Shown here in pieces: positions 25,002 to 38,185 of a stretch of 64,000 nt of DNA. The DNA is from Octopus bimaculoides (Eukaryota), in contig NC_068992.1 in the NCBI RefSeq assembly GCF_001194135.2, positions 19,773,443-19,837,442 on the forward strand, written 5' to 3'. Below the pieces are notes generated by a model that was given only the letters and a program-made list of their open reading frames with translations, was not told the origin of the DNA and did no database searches. Within the stretch, counting starts at the first letter, position 1; every line of letters begins with the position of its first letter. Both the position numbers and the translations under genes were made by a program.

Positions 25002-25185
25002 GGTTTCAAATTTTGTCACACGGCCAGCAAGTTCGGAGGTGGAATTAAGACCATTACATCGACCCTAGTGATCAACTGGTATTTATTTTAGGGATCCCAG
25101 AAAAATGAATTCAGAACGTAAAGACGGACGAAAGGCCGCTAAGCATTCTGCCTGGCGTGCCAACGGTTCTGCTTGTTCAGTGTTT
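25000..25185 (-). mobile_element. SINE family A copy with internal deletion, preceded by (CTA)n at its tail
   Basis: tggtttcaaattttgtcacacggccagcaag...cagaacgtaaagacggacgaaa...gctaagcatt. Confidence 0.9.
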
Positions 25186-25187
25186 TG

Positions 25188-25230
<43 letters not shown>

Positions 25231-25234
25231 TAAT

Positions 25235-25420
25235 AATCCTTTATAGTAAAGGCACAAGACATGAAAGTTTTGGCGAAAGGGTACAGACGATTGCATCGAC
25301 TGACCCAGTACTCAACAAGTACTTATTCTATCGACATCGGAAAGATGAAAGCCAAAATCAACGATGGACGTAACGCAAATAACCACTTCGCACAGTGTGC
25401 TAACGATTCAGCTAGTGAAG
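25235..25420 (-). mobile_element. SINE family A copy whose tail runs into (ATA)n at 25188-25237
   Basis: aatcctttatagtaaaggcacaag...gtacttattctatcgac...gctaacgattc. Confidence 0.8.
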
Positions 25421-25581
25421 TCACATACGTATCTGTAGACATATAAACAAATCTCTAAATGAACGAATATTACGTTGAATAGAAATATGCATCCTTATTT
25501 GCACATAAATACGTACATTCAAACAAACGCATACATGCACGCACGCATGCAAACACACACAGATACACATTATTATTATTA

Positions 25582-25629
<48 letters not shown>

Positions 25630-25630
<1 letters not shown>

Positions 25631-25765
25631 GATACTGAACTGGCAGAATCGTTGGCACGCGCGAAATGAATGCTTAGGGGCTTTCGTCCGTCTTTACGTT
25701 CTGGAATCATTCTTCCAGGGTCCCTAAAATAACTACTAGTTGATCACTAAGGTCGATATAATCGA
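25630..25765 (+). mobile_element. SINE family A partial copy, inverted duplicate of 25054-25190
   Basis: Shares the internal deletion and private variants (gttggcacg, ccctaaaataa, gatcacta) with the minus-strand copy. Confidence 0.85.
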
Positions 25766-27496
25766 TTTATACACACAAGCACACACACACATATATGCAC
25801 ATGTCTATACTTATATGAGCATAGTTATATACATGTATTAAAGCAGTGGAAGAAAATGACTAAATTACACATACATGAATATTGTGTGTATGCATGCTAA
25901 TTTTTACGTATGTATATATTCGTCTGTGTGTGTGTGTGTGTGTGTGTTCATGTGCATGTAAGCATAGTGAATGCAACCATATAATGCATGTGAGTATTTT
26001 GAAGCAACATATGGGGCTGTATGTGTATATATGTGCATGTATTATTGGAAACAATTTGAAAATTTTGAGTTTGATCGAAATTATGCGTGACAGATGGAAA
26101 CTTTTTTCTCAAGATTGCTGAAAAATTGCTGAACATGTGAAACTTAAATACATAGGATATTTTATCAGGAAATAGAAATTTCAATAAGAGAAAGAAAAGG
26201 ACAAAACACTTTAGAAATGATGTTAATTGTATCTTTAAAAAAATATCACAAACATGTCAGTGACTATATGTAATACATGTGCAGAAAGTGCAATGTAAAA
26301 TACTATTTTCTCAAGGAAATATAATTTATTCATCCATTTATTTATCATGGTGGGTGTTTTGCCGTTGTCTAACTTCATTATAAATGTTTCAAGCGAATTT
26401 ATTCTTGTTAGGTGTGTAGTTGATTGAATTGAATTCAGTACTTGACTTGTACATATCATAGCTAAACTTGTATAGTGCCAATTAAATATATCGTGTACTC
26501 TCTCAATAACTTCTGCCCGAAGTTTTTATTGTGTATTGCATATTTTCGTTGTCCATACAGGCATAGCTGTGTGTAATCCCTGATACGCACACTGATTTCA
26601 CACACAGCGACATACTTATCTTGTGTGAGAGGTGAAGTCTCATTTTGAAAAAAATAAATCTGCCTTCATCTCGCACATCTCCTGACTTTACGATGTATAC
26701 ATATATACATATCTGTGTATGCCTGCGTGTGTGTTTCGGTGTGTGTGTGTGTGAGTGTGCGCGCCCGTGCATGGAAATGTTTTCAAAACGGTTTGGATTT
26801 TTTTGTTACAAGAGAACTCCATTCACATCTGAAGATCAACAGTAGATTAACAACTGAGCCTGATCTATACGGTGATCTTTCTACCATACAGTCTTATTCA
26901 ATTGTTCTCTGAGTGATTTTTCATAATATATTACTTTCGCAATGTCTACGATTTTGGTGATTGCAATCAAAATTATGCAAACTTTCGGTATGACATTTTA
27001 CAGGTTACTCGAGAAATAAGCACCTGAGATATAAATGCTTCATCGAGCGTTTGGCAAATGTTTAAGCAGAATACATTATTTTTTGTTGTATGTGTATTTT
27101 AAGTATACTAGAAAGTCTGTTTTGTTTGATAAGTGTGGAATGTGACCCCTTAATAGCAAGTCGCCAGAAATTCAGCAAAATACTATGAAAAATTTGCAAC
27201 TACACCCATTGAAGCTTTGCTGTCAACTTAATATATTGCCCATGTATTATAACAAAACAACAGATCAAATCCTAAGACGAAGGACATTTTTGCAAAGGCT
27301 TCTGAAGCTTCTGTTACACGTATTCCATAGATTCCTGACAACGGAATATTGCTTGAAAATAATATATTACGTACATTATTAGCCGAAGTGCAGATGTTCT
27401 TAGTGTGGGTCATGTCCAAGAAACTCTGATACCGACTCTTTACAAAAGCACACACAAACACACACCCATATATAATATATTTATCANNNNNNNNNN

Positions 27497-27567
27497 TCCT
27501 CAGTCAAATCGTCCAACCCATGCTAGCATGGAAAGCGGACGTTAAACGATGATGATGATGATGATGA
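27497..27567 (+). mobile_element. 3' tail of a retroposon ending in (GAT)n, abutting an N gap
   Basis: caaatcgtccaacccatgctagcatggaaagcggacgttaaacgatgatgatg; a short-tandem-repeat tail is typical of RTE-type LINE/SINE 3' ends. Confidence 0.55.
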
Positions 27568-28100
27568 TATATATATATATATATGAGTATACGTATAAGT
27601 GTGAGTGTATGTGTGGTCATATGAATAATCATATTATTCTACTTACCACTTGACAAGTGATTATCCTCATTCTAAGAGTTAATTAAACTGGCTAGACATT
27701 TATACAGCAAGATAATTAATTTCTTGCACCCGTCTCCTATTTATTGGTTCTTTCAGACAATTTTCCTTGCTCTACACTCCTAATTTGACAATTCTATCTA
27801 TTGTCTTAACACATTTCTATGAACCTTTCCTGAAATTTACTACATACTTTCACTTTCACTTTTATTTTTCATCCCCTTCATTCCTCTATTGTTTTTGTCT
27901 TTCAAAATTTCTCTCTGCTCATTTCTTTTAATTTTTCTTTTTCTTTGTCACGCCAGTCTTCTTTAGTTTTCTTCAATGTTTTTCTTTGATATTGATTCTT
28001 TATATTTTTTGTATATAGTTAAATTATATTTTTAATTTCGTTTTAATTAGTTTTCATATATTCCTTACAATTTTTCTTTCCCTTTATAGTAGTAGTTCAA

Positions 28101-28138
<38 letters not shown>

Positions 28139-28149
28139 AACAGCAACAA

Positions 28150-28367
28150 CAATCTTTTCTACTAAAGGCACAAGGCCTGAAATATTTAGGGTGGGAACCA
28201 GTTGATTACATTAACTCCAATGTTTTTCATGGTACTTCATTTATCGAAGGCAAAAAAAAAAAGGGCAAAGTCGATCTTGGCGGAATTTGAACTCACAACG
28301 TAAAGACGGACGAAATACCGCTAAGCATTTTTCACGCGTGCTAACGATTCTGCCAACTCGCTGTCTT
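28150..28367 (-). mobile_element. SINE family A, near full length
   Basis: ctaaaggcacaaggcctgaaat...ggcggaatttgaactcacaacgtaaagacggacgaaataccgctaagcat...gctaacgattctgccaactcgc. Confidence 0.9.
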
Positions 28368-28399
28368 AACAGCACGAATACTAACGATACTTCAATTTT

Positions 28400-29392
28400 T
28401 AGTGGAGCAGCATCAAACTCCACGGCATGAAGGAAAAGACAAAAAGAGAGTAGTTGCGACGAGTGAGAAACATAGTAGCTTGAATCATAATTCCAGCAAT
28501 AAATTCGCACGCAGTCGCAGTAGTTTGGTATGGCACAGGAATCCTGAAGTGGAGAGAAGAGGAGCTAAAGGAGATGCACAACAAGTCAAAAAAGCTCCTG
28601 CGATGCATGGAGCCCATCTTCGACGCGCAGACACTGATCACCTATACGTGAAGAGAGCACATGGAGGAAGAGGACTGATAAGTGTGGAAGACTGCGTGCG
28701 TATCGAACTATAGAGATTAATGAGATTCCTAGTGACAGTTAGGAACGAGGGAGTATTGAGAGCAGAGAAAAAAAAGGGAAACCAAAGGAAGAATTACGAA
28801 AAGGACATGAAGAAGTATTATGCAAGAAGGGACTACACGGTCGAGTCCATGTGGCTACAACAGAAGTTGCTTGAAAAAATAGGTGAGATTGGCTAATGAA
28901 AGGAACGCTAAAAAAAGAGACTGAGAACACTATACCGGGAGCACAACACCAAGCTCTGGCCATGAAGTGGAGTGTCAACCTGAGAAATGAGCAATGTCTC
29001 CGCTGTGCTGCATCTTCAATAGAGTGGATGAAATCTTTGCTCAGGTCACGAGCGAAGCCCTAGAATTGCCCCAAACCACTACAGGTTGTGGTGAAACGAC
29101 CAAGTAGCGAGAGTGCTACATTGGAAACTGTGCTAGAAAGAGAGGCAAGACTTGGTATGAGCACAAACTGCAGAGAGTGGCAGAGTTGGAGAATAGCAAA
29201 ATCCTTTGGGATCAGGTGCTACAGCATAACAGACCAGAACTAGTGGTGGTGAACAAGGTACACCACATGTCTTAGATAGTTGACGTTGCGTACCCCTTTG
29301 GCTCACAAATAGTAATAAACGAAAGCGAAATGATAGATTGAACCAACCCGCTTAAGTACGAAATAACCCGGCTATGGAACATAAAGAAGGTG
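28400..29392 (+). mobile_element. Decayed R4/Dong-like non-LTR retrotransposon fragment (RT C-terminus, CCHC knuckle, restriction-like endonuclease)
   Basis: Across frameshifts: AINSHAVAVVWYGTGILKWREEELKEM; MHGAHLRRADTDHLYVKRAHGGRGLISVEDCVRIE; SPLCCIFNRVDEIFAQVTSE; NDQVARVLHWKLC; WYEHK...KILWDQVLQHNRPELVVVNK...IVDVAYP...LKYEITRLWNIKKV. Many stops. Confidence 0.9.
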
Positions 29393-29402
29393 AATTCGTC
29401 CA

Positions 29403-29880
29403 CAAATTTCAGGCCTTGTACCTTTAGCAGTAATGATTATTGTAACTTTTATTATAACTTTATTATTATTATTCATTCTGTTTTAAAACGGTGAACTGGC
29501 AGAGTTGCTAATACACCAGACAAAAGACTTAGAGGCATTTAGTCTACCTTTACTATCTCAATGCAACTTCCATTGATGTCAACTTTAACTTTTATCCCTT
29601 TCGGTTTCGATGAACTATGAAACAATTTCAGGCTTTATGCCTATAGTAGAACGGATGATTATGTATTCTGTTTCATGACAGCCATGTGGCAGAAACGTTA
29701 TCACGCCGGGTTAGCTAATCAGCGGCATTTGTTCCGCCTCTTTATACTCTCAGTTCGAATGCCATTCAGGTCCATTTTACCTTTTATCATTTGATGTTCG
29801 TAAAAATAAAGTAAAAGTTAACAGCTGGGTCCGATATAATCGACTAACACACTTCACCCTGGAAGTGCTCGCATTGTGTA
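29403..29880 (+). mobile_element. Cluster of family A SINE pieces (tail 29403-29441; copies about 29488-29662 and 29682-29880)
   Basis: aaatttcaggccttgtacc; cggtgaactggcagag...atttcaggctttatgcctatagtagaa; ggcagaaacgttatcacgccgg...gatataatcgacta. Confidence 0.8.
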
Positions 29881-31199
29881 AAAATCACGATGAATTATTA
29901 CACATTGTATTCTCGCCATAGCTATATCAACGAATCCTTTTTATTGATTGGTAACTTTTTTGCACTAAGCAGCATATTTGAGGGCGACAGAATCGATAAC
30001 CTCTATTTCAGAAACTAAGTGGTACTTTATTTACAGAATCTGGAGTGATAAAAACAAAGTTGACCACGGTAGACCTGCAAATTAGACCGTAATATTCGTA
30101 AAATAATGACACGTTTCCTGTTTGGAGGATACTAAACCAATTCTCCCACTTTTGTGCACTTTAACCTTAAATTTTATAATTTCTGTTTCCTCTTCTTTCC
30201 GTTTCTTTAGATTTCTTGAACTATTCTCTTCCTTCTTCTGTCTTCTCTTCCACATTTATGTTGTTATCATTCGTTCAATCTCATTTTCTTCTTTTTATAT
30301 TAATATACATTAGTTGATTTTTTTTTATCAGTCATATTCATTGATTGGAAATTCCCTACTTGTTAAGTTTCCTGCCGGCTAAAATATTAGTAGTAATATA
30401 TTCAGCAATTGTTTGACCCCCAAAGATACGATATATACGTAAAGCACCGGAAGAAACGCCGCTAAATATTTTGTGATGCGCTTGTGATTCTGCCAGAGTA
30501 CTAACTTTCATATCAATATCTATCTATATTGCATTACAAACACACATATACACGCACACGCATTATATACATTATATACATATATATTATATACATATAC
30601 ATAAAATCTTACATACATTCACACACATATACACACACACAAATATACCAACATTGTAACAGTTGCACTGTAATAGATGCCGCTAGCCTAAGCGAAAAAC
30701 AGCAGCTGATTTCTGATAACAGACGTTGCTTCTTATTATCAAAAGTGTAAGTCTATGACTGTCAAATAGTTCATCTTGTTTTTTAAGACAAAATAGTTGT
30801 GACTTTTCTGAAATGTTGCAATTTTTATTAGTCTTGATTACGAGGAGGATCCCGTTGGATTCTGCATCGCGCATTTAATGTCGAGCTAAAATAAACTAGT
30901 ATGGGATTATTCTGGCCAGCGACGGTATTTATTAAATAAAGTATAACCGAACACGTTACTGCGAAGATTGCATCGAACAATAAATTATTTCGTAATACCT
31001 ATAGACTATAAGGTGGGTTTCAGTTATTTTCTTTTCGTATAACTTGAACTTGCTTCTGAATCGCTTAATCATACTTTATTGTCATTGTTGTTCATTTGTT
31101 CATTAGCCTCAGGTTAGCATTGCTCAAATAAACATATGGCCAAACCTCTTCGAAGAGACACCATTCTCTCATTAATTCTCTTCACAATATTACTACGAT

Positions 31200-31373
31200 T
31201 AAAGCGGTGAGCTGACAGAATACTGAGCAAAATGCTTAGCAGTATTTCGTTCATTTTTAAGTTCTAAGTTCAAATTCTGCCGAGGTTGACTTTACCTTTC
31301 ATTCATTCGAGGTTGATAAAATAAATAGTAGAGTACTGAGATTGAGACTGTGCCAAAATTTTAATCCAATATT
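31200..31373 (+). mobile_element. SINE family A copy with internal deletions
   Basis: gcggtgagctgacagaa...aagttcaaattctgccgaggttgactttacctttcattc...gataaaataa. Confidence 0.85.
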
Positions 31374-32198
31374 CCTACTAACAAATTGTCCAATTTTGCC
31401 GGCATTTTTTATATCAAGCTTGTGTATGGTTTAAGGAAATTAAATTGCTGCTCAAAACAATGCCAGTGAATTTGCTTCCTTCATTAACTCCTCGAATATA
31501 ACTGCACTTTTATGGCAATTGTCACCTTTTAGAATCATTACTAATATACGTTTCAGACATTAGTTGTTGCTGTTGTTGTTGGTTGGACCAGGATAAATCC
31601 CGAGTAGACCAAATGTCAAAGGATTTGTATCTGTGATCAACCAATATTTAAAAAGATGTTCTGAACAATGTAACAAATTTAAGTCTAAGGAGTGTATAAT
31701 ATAATTTGATGGAGACTCATATTGTTTGCCTATCAGAACGATGACCATATCAGAGCTGACTTATTCACACATTCACACCTAGTAACTTCGTAATGTGTAG
31801 AATAATTCTATATTAGAAAATAGGCAATAGCATAGAAATATATTTGAATAATTGTCTAACGTAATATTCATTTATGAGTATATTATTTTGGTTTCTAGTA
31901 TCGCTGTGCTATATGGCAATTTAAATATTGTTAGTTAGCGATAATGTATATCCAACAATGTTACCGATGACTACAAAGTAATTGAGAATTTATGTTATTA
32001 TTCTCATAGTACCTTATGAAAAGGCAAAAGAAATTATAATAATGTATCTGAAATCAAACACAAAATTTGCATATATTAGCATAAAACGTGTGCTTCTAAG
32101 TGAGGTCCTACCATAGTCGTATACACCATGTGGAATATAGAGAACTACCATTTGGCATCATTATTAATAATCGTCACAAAATCCAATACATTATCACT

Positions 32199-32320
32199 CT
32201 TCTTCTTCTTCTTCTTCTTCTTCTTCTTCTTCTTCTTCTTCTTCTTCTTCTTCTTCTTCTTCTTCTTCTTCTTCTTCTTCTTCTTCTTCTTCTTCTTCTT
32301 CTTCTTCTTCTTCTTCTTCT
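32199..32320. repeat. (CTT)n microsatellite
   Basis: Read directly; source of the poly-L and poly-F ORFs. Confidence 0.97.
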
Positions 32321-32787
32321 TGCTCTTCTTTTCTTTTTATTTTATCTCATTTGTTATTTCTTCTTCTTTCATTCTTCTTCTTCTCCTGTTGAATGTATAT
32401 ATATATAGGTATGTATGTATGTATATATGTGTGTACGTGTGCATGTGTGTATGTGTTTATGTGTTTATGTATGTGTGTATGTATATGTTTGTATGCGTGC
32501 ATGTGTTTATGTATGTGCAATGTCTTTAGATTTTAAACAAGCTCCAAATGAACTTTCTGTTCTATCTGCTTGAAGTATCTCGTGCCTTACAGTGAATTAT
32601 TAATTCACTACATCTTACACATTAGACATTACCGTTTCCATATAGATACTCAGTATGATGAATAATCACTTAAGGATATTTTCCTGAGCCACACATACAT
32701 ACATACATACATACATACATACGAGTATGTGTGACTGTGTAGGTGGGTGTTTATGTGTATGTGTGTGTTTGAATTTATGTATTCATT

Positions 32788-33107
32788 GAAGGCGAATAGT
32801 GGTTAGAGTATACTGCTCAAGATCCTATGGTCACGATTTTGATACCCGGTGGTGCGCTATGTTCTTCAGCAAGACACTCTATTTCATGTTGCACCAGTCC
32901 ACTCAGCTGGCAAAAATGAGTAGTAACTGTCCTTTAAAAAAGCCAGCGTTGTGACATAATATGTCACGCTAAATCTCCCTGGGAATTAAGTTAAGTGTAC
33001 GTGTGTATGTGTGAAGTACTCATCCACTTCCGCGTTAAATTCACGAGTAGGCTATTGAGCTGATCGGTTGAACTGGTCTCCACGTCGTCGTAACCGACGG
33101 AGTGCCG
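32788..33107 (+). mobile_element. SINE with the family C 3' half but a different, CORE-like middle
   Basis: Middle reads gttcttcagcaagacactctatttcatgttgcaccagtccactcagctggcaaaaatgag; 3' half ending gtcgtcgtaaccgacggagtgcc matches the reverse complement of 42484-42660. Confidence 0.8.
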
Positions 33108-33392
33108 CAGTTTTCTTTTTTTCTTTTTTTATTTATACATTCATTTTAAACAACTAGTTTATTATGAATCAAAGAAAAAACGAATCGGATAATACATCGA
33201 TAACATTTAGAACGCTTAAGAGGTATAAGCGTTTTAGTTGTAAATTCCAACAAGGCAGAAAACACAATTGATTACTGCCGTGAAATACGACAGTTTCGAA
33301 TGTCTATGTAAATATATTTATGTGTGTGTGTATGTGTGTGTGTATGTGTGTGTGTATGTGTGTGTGTGTGTGTGTGTGCGTGCACGTGTGCA

Positions 33393-33424
<32 letters not shown>

Positions 33425-33527
33425 CCTATGTATATAAACACTCACATACAAAAAATATACTCACATACAAAAATATACCACACACACACACACACATATA
33501 TATACATGATATATGTGTGTGTGTGTA

Positions 33528-33559
<32 letters not shown>

Positions 33560-34167
33560 TAACACACTCAAATGCATGTGTGCGTACGCGTGTGTTATCC
33601 ATTTTACACTCGAATTGCGGTGTAATCGATTAAAAAAAAAAACAGAGAGAAAAAATGAACATCACGCAAAAATTATATGTATAAAAAAAAGGAAACTGAC
33701 AAAAACAAAAAAAATTGGAAACTAGGCGAAAAAAAAAATTGATTAAAACAAAGTAAAGCAGAAAAACAACATAGAAAACGTAAAATATAAAAATAAAAAT
33801 AAAAAACATAAAAAGGAAATAAATAAAGAAATTTAACAAGCAAAGTACAAGTATGCAAGATGGTGATTCTTCGATAATCCATTCAGGCGGAATTTCCAAT
33901 TCACTAGACAGTAACAACTTTAAGCAGTATGAATGTAACTCGCTAAAGATACTCATATTCTCTTAACTTGTTGCAACTTTAGGGAAACACTAGTTTCTTC
34001 CTTAGTTCTTAGAGGAAGTTGAATATATAAAAACATTAGGAATAATGTAGAGAAACAACAAGTATATTAAAAATGAAAGTGAAATTAACGAAAATGAAAA
34101 CCAATCTTGAAATGGTTTTCGAAATTGGACGTAGAGATATATGCCTGCATTTCTGTTGGCCTGTGTG

Positions 34168-34201
<34 letters not shown>

Positions 34202-34814
34202 NNNNNNNNNNNNNNNNNNNNNNNNNNNNNNNNNNNNNNNNNNNNNNNNNNNNNNNNNNNNNNNNNNNNNNNNNNNNNNNNNNNNNNNNNNNNNNNNNNN
34301 NNNNNNNNNNNNNNNNNNNNNNNNNNNNNNNNNNNNNNNNNNNNNNNNNNNNNNNNNNNNNNNNNNNNNNNNNNNNNNNNNNNNNNNNNNNNNNNNNNNN
34401 NNNNNNNNNNNNNNNNNNNNNNNNNNNNNNNNNNNNNNNNNNNNNNNNNNNNNNNNNNNNNNNNNNNNNNNNNNNNNNNNNNNNNNNNNNNNNNNNNNNN
34501 NNNNNNNNNNNNNNNNNNNNNNNNNNNNNNNNNNNNNNNNNNNNNNNNNNNNNNNNNNNNNNNNNNNNNNNNNNNNNNNNNNNNNNNNNNNNNNNNNNNN
34601 NNNNNNNNNNNNNNNNNNNNNNNNNNNNNNNNNNNNNNNNNNNNNNNNNNNNNNNNNNNNNNNNNNNNNNNNNNNNNNNNNNNNNNNNNNNNNNNNNNNN
34701 NNNNNNNNNNNNNNNNNNNNNNNNNNNNNNNNNNNNNNNNNNNNNNNNNNNNNNNNNNNNNNNNNNNNNNNNNNNNNNNNNNNNNNNNNNNNNNNNNNNN
34801 NNNNNNNNNNNNNN

Positions 34815-34846
<32 letters not shown>

Positions 34847-34891
34847 TAGAGATGTATGTTTAGAGATGTATGTATATAATCATCTCTCTCA

Positions 34892-34924
<33 letters not shown>

Positions 34925-36591
34925 TCTTCCTCTCTCTCTCTCTCTCTCTCTACCAACACACTCACACACATTTATCACTATTTGTCTGGGTCTCTGATTT
35001 CTTCTAAGTTAAAACCAATGTTTTCGATTCTATGACTAACAATGTAAGCAAGAAAGGGCTCACAATCGAGCCGGTTAATTTCAGAGATCTCCGCTAACAT
35101 TTATGTAACTCTATTCAGCCTCATATAAGCACACACGCATAGCCACATACTTATACATAGAAATGCATTTATACAAACATATAGGCATCTTGATGATTGT
35201 TTCAACTTCTCAGCTGGTACACATCTCATCCATTTCTCAGTTACTCAAGGCATTTTTCAATAAATAAAACGTATATGATGAACACTTGTAAATCATTGCA
35301 TTCTTATGATGGCATATGCTCTCGTGAGCGAAAAGTGCATCTCACTTTAAGTAACTAAGTAACCATAGTTATGTATCCATTGACAAATGAGCAAATTGCA
35401 TGCAAATGTTCCAGTAGCAATTGTTATATGAACGTGCTTTCTTCTTTAGCTTTTAGATAAAAAAATAAAAAGGAAAATCATCCAGAAAGCTGTAGGAGTT
35501 TAAATTGCGGTTTCAACTCATTTAAATGGTTTTCGTGCGCGCCTAGCTACAAACGAAGTTATGTTAAAGTACTTCTGCAACACACGCACGCAGGCATGAA
35601 TATACACACGCACACACGCACACACAGTCTGACACCCACGCTAGCATACAGATATACGTAAAGACACATATAGGCGTGCATGTAAATATGTACAACTTAT
35701 CTAAACAAACTATTTATTTGCTGTAATACACAAACACACACACACAGACATTCGACATTAACAGAGAATAATATCGTAGTTTATTTAGAAAACAATAAAT
35801 TTGTTCATGTATCACTTGGTTCGTAAATTCATGTATAACAATTTCAGTTTGCTTAATGTTAATGAATCGCAGGTTTGTGTAACAAATCCTTACTTAGTGA
35901 TGTTCAACATGATCACTCTGAATAACTTCCGGTTCAAAGTCATCACAAAATGTTGTCTAATTTTGGTTGTCTTTCATTTGTTACCGTATAATTTCCTTTT
36001 ATCAGCCCCTTTACTATCATCTCAACTATCGAATTTTTTTCGTTTTGTTATAGTCATCAGATTTTCCGATTCAACTGTATTTCATTTTTTATGTGTACCA
36101 AATTAATTTGCTGACATCTTCATATTGTTTCTTAAATATGAGAGTATAATATGTAAAATTTCTGTCATTACATCAACACATTCCTTCCTTTCATTATTTA
36201 ACTTGAAGTGGCATATTGGTCTTACTTGGTTGGTTTTCAAAAGAAAAAAATTGTAGCATAAAAAGATTTAAACCTTGTAAATATTTTGTTTTCTTAAAAT
36301 GTAGCAAGCTAACTATTGTGATCGTTGGATTCGGTAATCATTCTAGGATGTTTGTGTATCTAAATTAGATTCTTCACTCTCTGGTTCTCTAGATTTTTTT
36401 CTGCATTAGCTGTAGTCTTCTCGGTGTGTCCATTGACATAGTGGATGATTGTTTCTATATTTCCCGGAGCATAAAGTATAATTGCCTTGTCACATCGTAA
36501 ATGAGTACATATCTGAGTTAAAATGTTTCATATTAGTGATTATAAATTTATCCTGGTCTTCAAGTCCAATATGGAGTAATACATTACAGCT

Positions 36592-37148
36592 TTACTCTTT
36601 TACTTGTTTCAGTCATTTGACTGTGGCCATGCTGGAGCACCGCCTTTCGTCGAGCAAATCGACCCCAGGACTTATTTTTGGGATGCCTAGTACTTATTCT
36701 ATCGGTCTCTTTTGCCGAACCGCTAAGTTACGGGGACGTAAACACACCACCATCGGTNNNNNNNNNNNNNNNNNNNNNNNNNNNNNNNNNNNNNNNNNNN
36801 NNNNNNNNNNNNNNNNNNNNNNNNNNNNNNNNNNNNNNNNNNNNNNNNNNNNNNNNNNNNNNNNNNNNNNNNNNNNNNNNNNNNNNNNNNNNNNNNNNNN
36901 NNNNNNNNNNNNNNNNNNNNNNNNNNNNNNNNNNNNNNNNNNNNNNNNNNNNNNNNNNNNNNNNNNNNNNNNNNNNNNNNATATATACGACAGGCTTCTT
37001 TCAGTTTCCGTCTACCAAATTCACTCACAAGGCTTTGGTCGTCTCGAGGCTATAGTAGAAAACACTTGCTCAAGGTGCCACGCAGTAGGAATGAACCCGG
37101 AACCATGTGGTTGGTTTGCAAGCTACTTACCACACATACACTCCTGCG

Positions 37149-37150
<2 letters not shown>
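36592..37150 (-). mobile_element. SINE family B spanning an N gap
   Basis: High block identity to 8272-8820 on both sides of the gap. Confidence 0.9.
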
Positions 37151-37181
<31 letters not shown>

Positions 37182-37848
37182 TTAATATTATTAAAGCTGC
37201 AAAAACATCACAAATTATCACAGAAAGCTGCTACTCAGAGTTTCACGTTCCTGAATGTCTGAGAGTTTAGATTCGAGTACTCCGGTAGTTAAGTACTATT
37301 TTTTCCCACCCAGTTCCACATTTATGTGCTTACTTTGGTGTGTGTTTATATATGTATAAACATATATTTGTTATGAAATAAAAGATAATTGGACAAATAT
37401 CTGGGTCGTGTTAGTTATAATTTTAAGGAGATACGTGACTGTTTGAGATTTAATTTTATTGACCAAAATCTACTCTAAACTAATTAGAAAACACTTCAAA
37501 ATTCAGCGTATACACTACAGCATTGTTTATCAGAAACATATTCTTTTGCATTACCACTCAAAACTTTGCCCGCAATCGTGTTTCTTGAATAAACCAAACT
37601 GTGTATTAAAATATGTTCGTATATATTTCGATTTAGAATTTGTTTTGCTAGAATTTTGATCTGAAGCTGTATGATGAAAACTTCTGTAAATAGATTACGG
37701 TAAAGCTACCTAAATATAGCCTTCAACCACATCTACTTGGCGGATGTTGTTCGCCTAGTTGTCTTGCTGTATGCAAAGACGTCTAAAAACTGGTGGAACT
37801 ATTCGAAAACCTTTATTGCATGACTCTTCGGAAATACAATATGTATCT

Positions 37849-37945
37849 ATCTGTCTGTCTGTCTATCTCTCTGTTCATCTGTCTGTCGTTCTGTCTGTCA
37901 TTCTCTCTGCCTGTTTATCAAGAACATCTATCTACTGAATCTATG

Positions 37946-38026
<81 letters not shown>

Positions 38027-38185
38027 GACTGTCTGTCTATCTGTCTGTCTGCCCATTCACCTATCAAACTACATACCTACATATCTACCTACCTATCTGT
38101 ATGTCTGTATGTATGTATGTCTGTCTGTATGCAAGGATGGATGGATGAATGGATGAATGGATGGATGAATGGATGGCTGGATGGA
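37849..38185. repeat. Compound tetranucleotide tract (TCTG/TCTA/TGTA/GGAT)n
   Basis: Read directly; explains the 191-aa ORF 37793-38368. Confidence 0.95.

Noticed and set aside
27181-27429. Protein-like frame (ATTPIEALLST*YIAHVL*QNNRSNPKTKDIF) faintly resembling I/Nimb-clade LINE sequence
   Set aside because: Three stops in about 83 codons and only one short motif; not distinguishable from chance without a search.
35318-35345. gctc-tcgt-gagc-GAAA, resembling hammerhead stem II plus GAAA
   Set aside because: No CTGANGA immediately upstream and no stems I or III.
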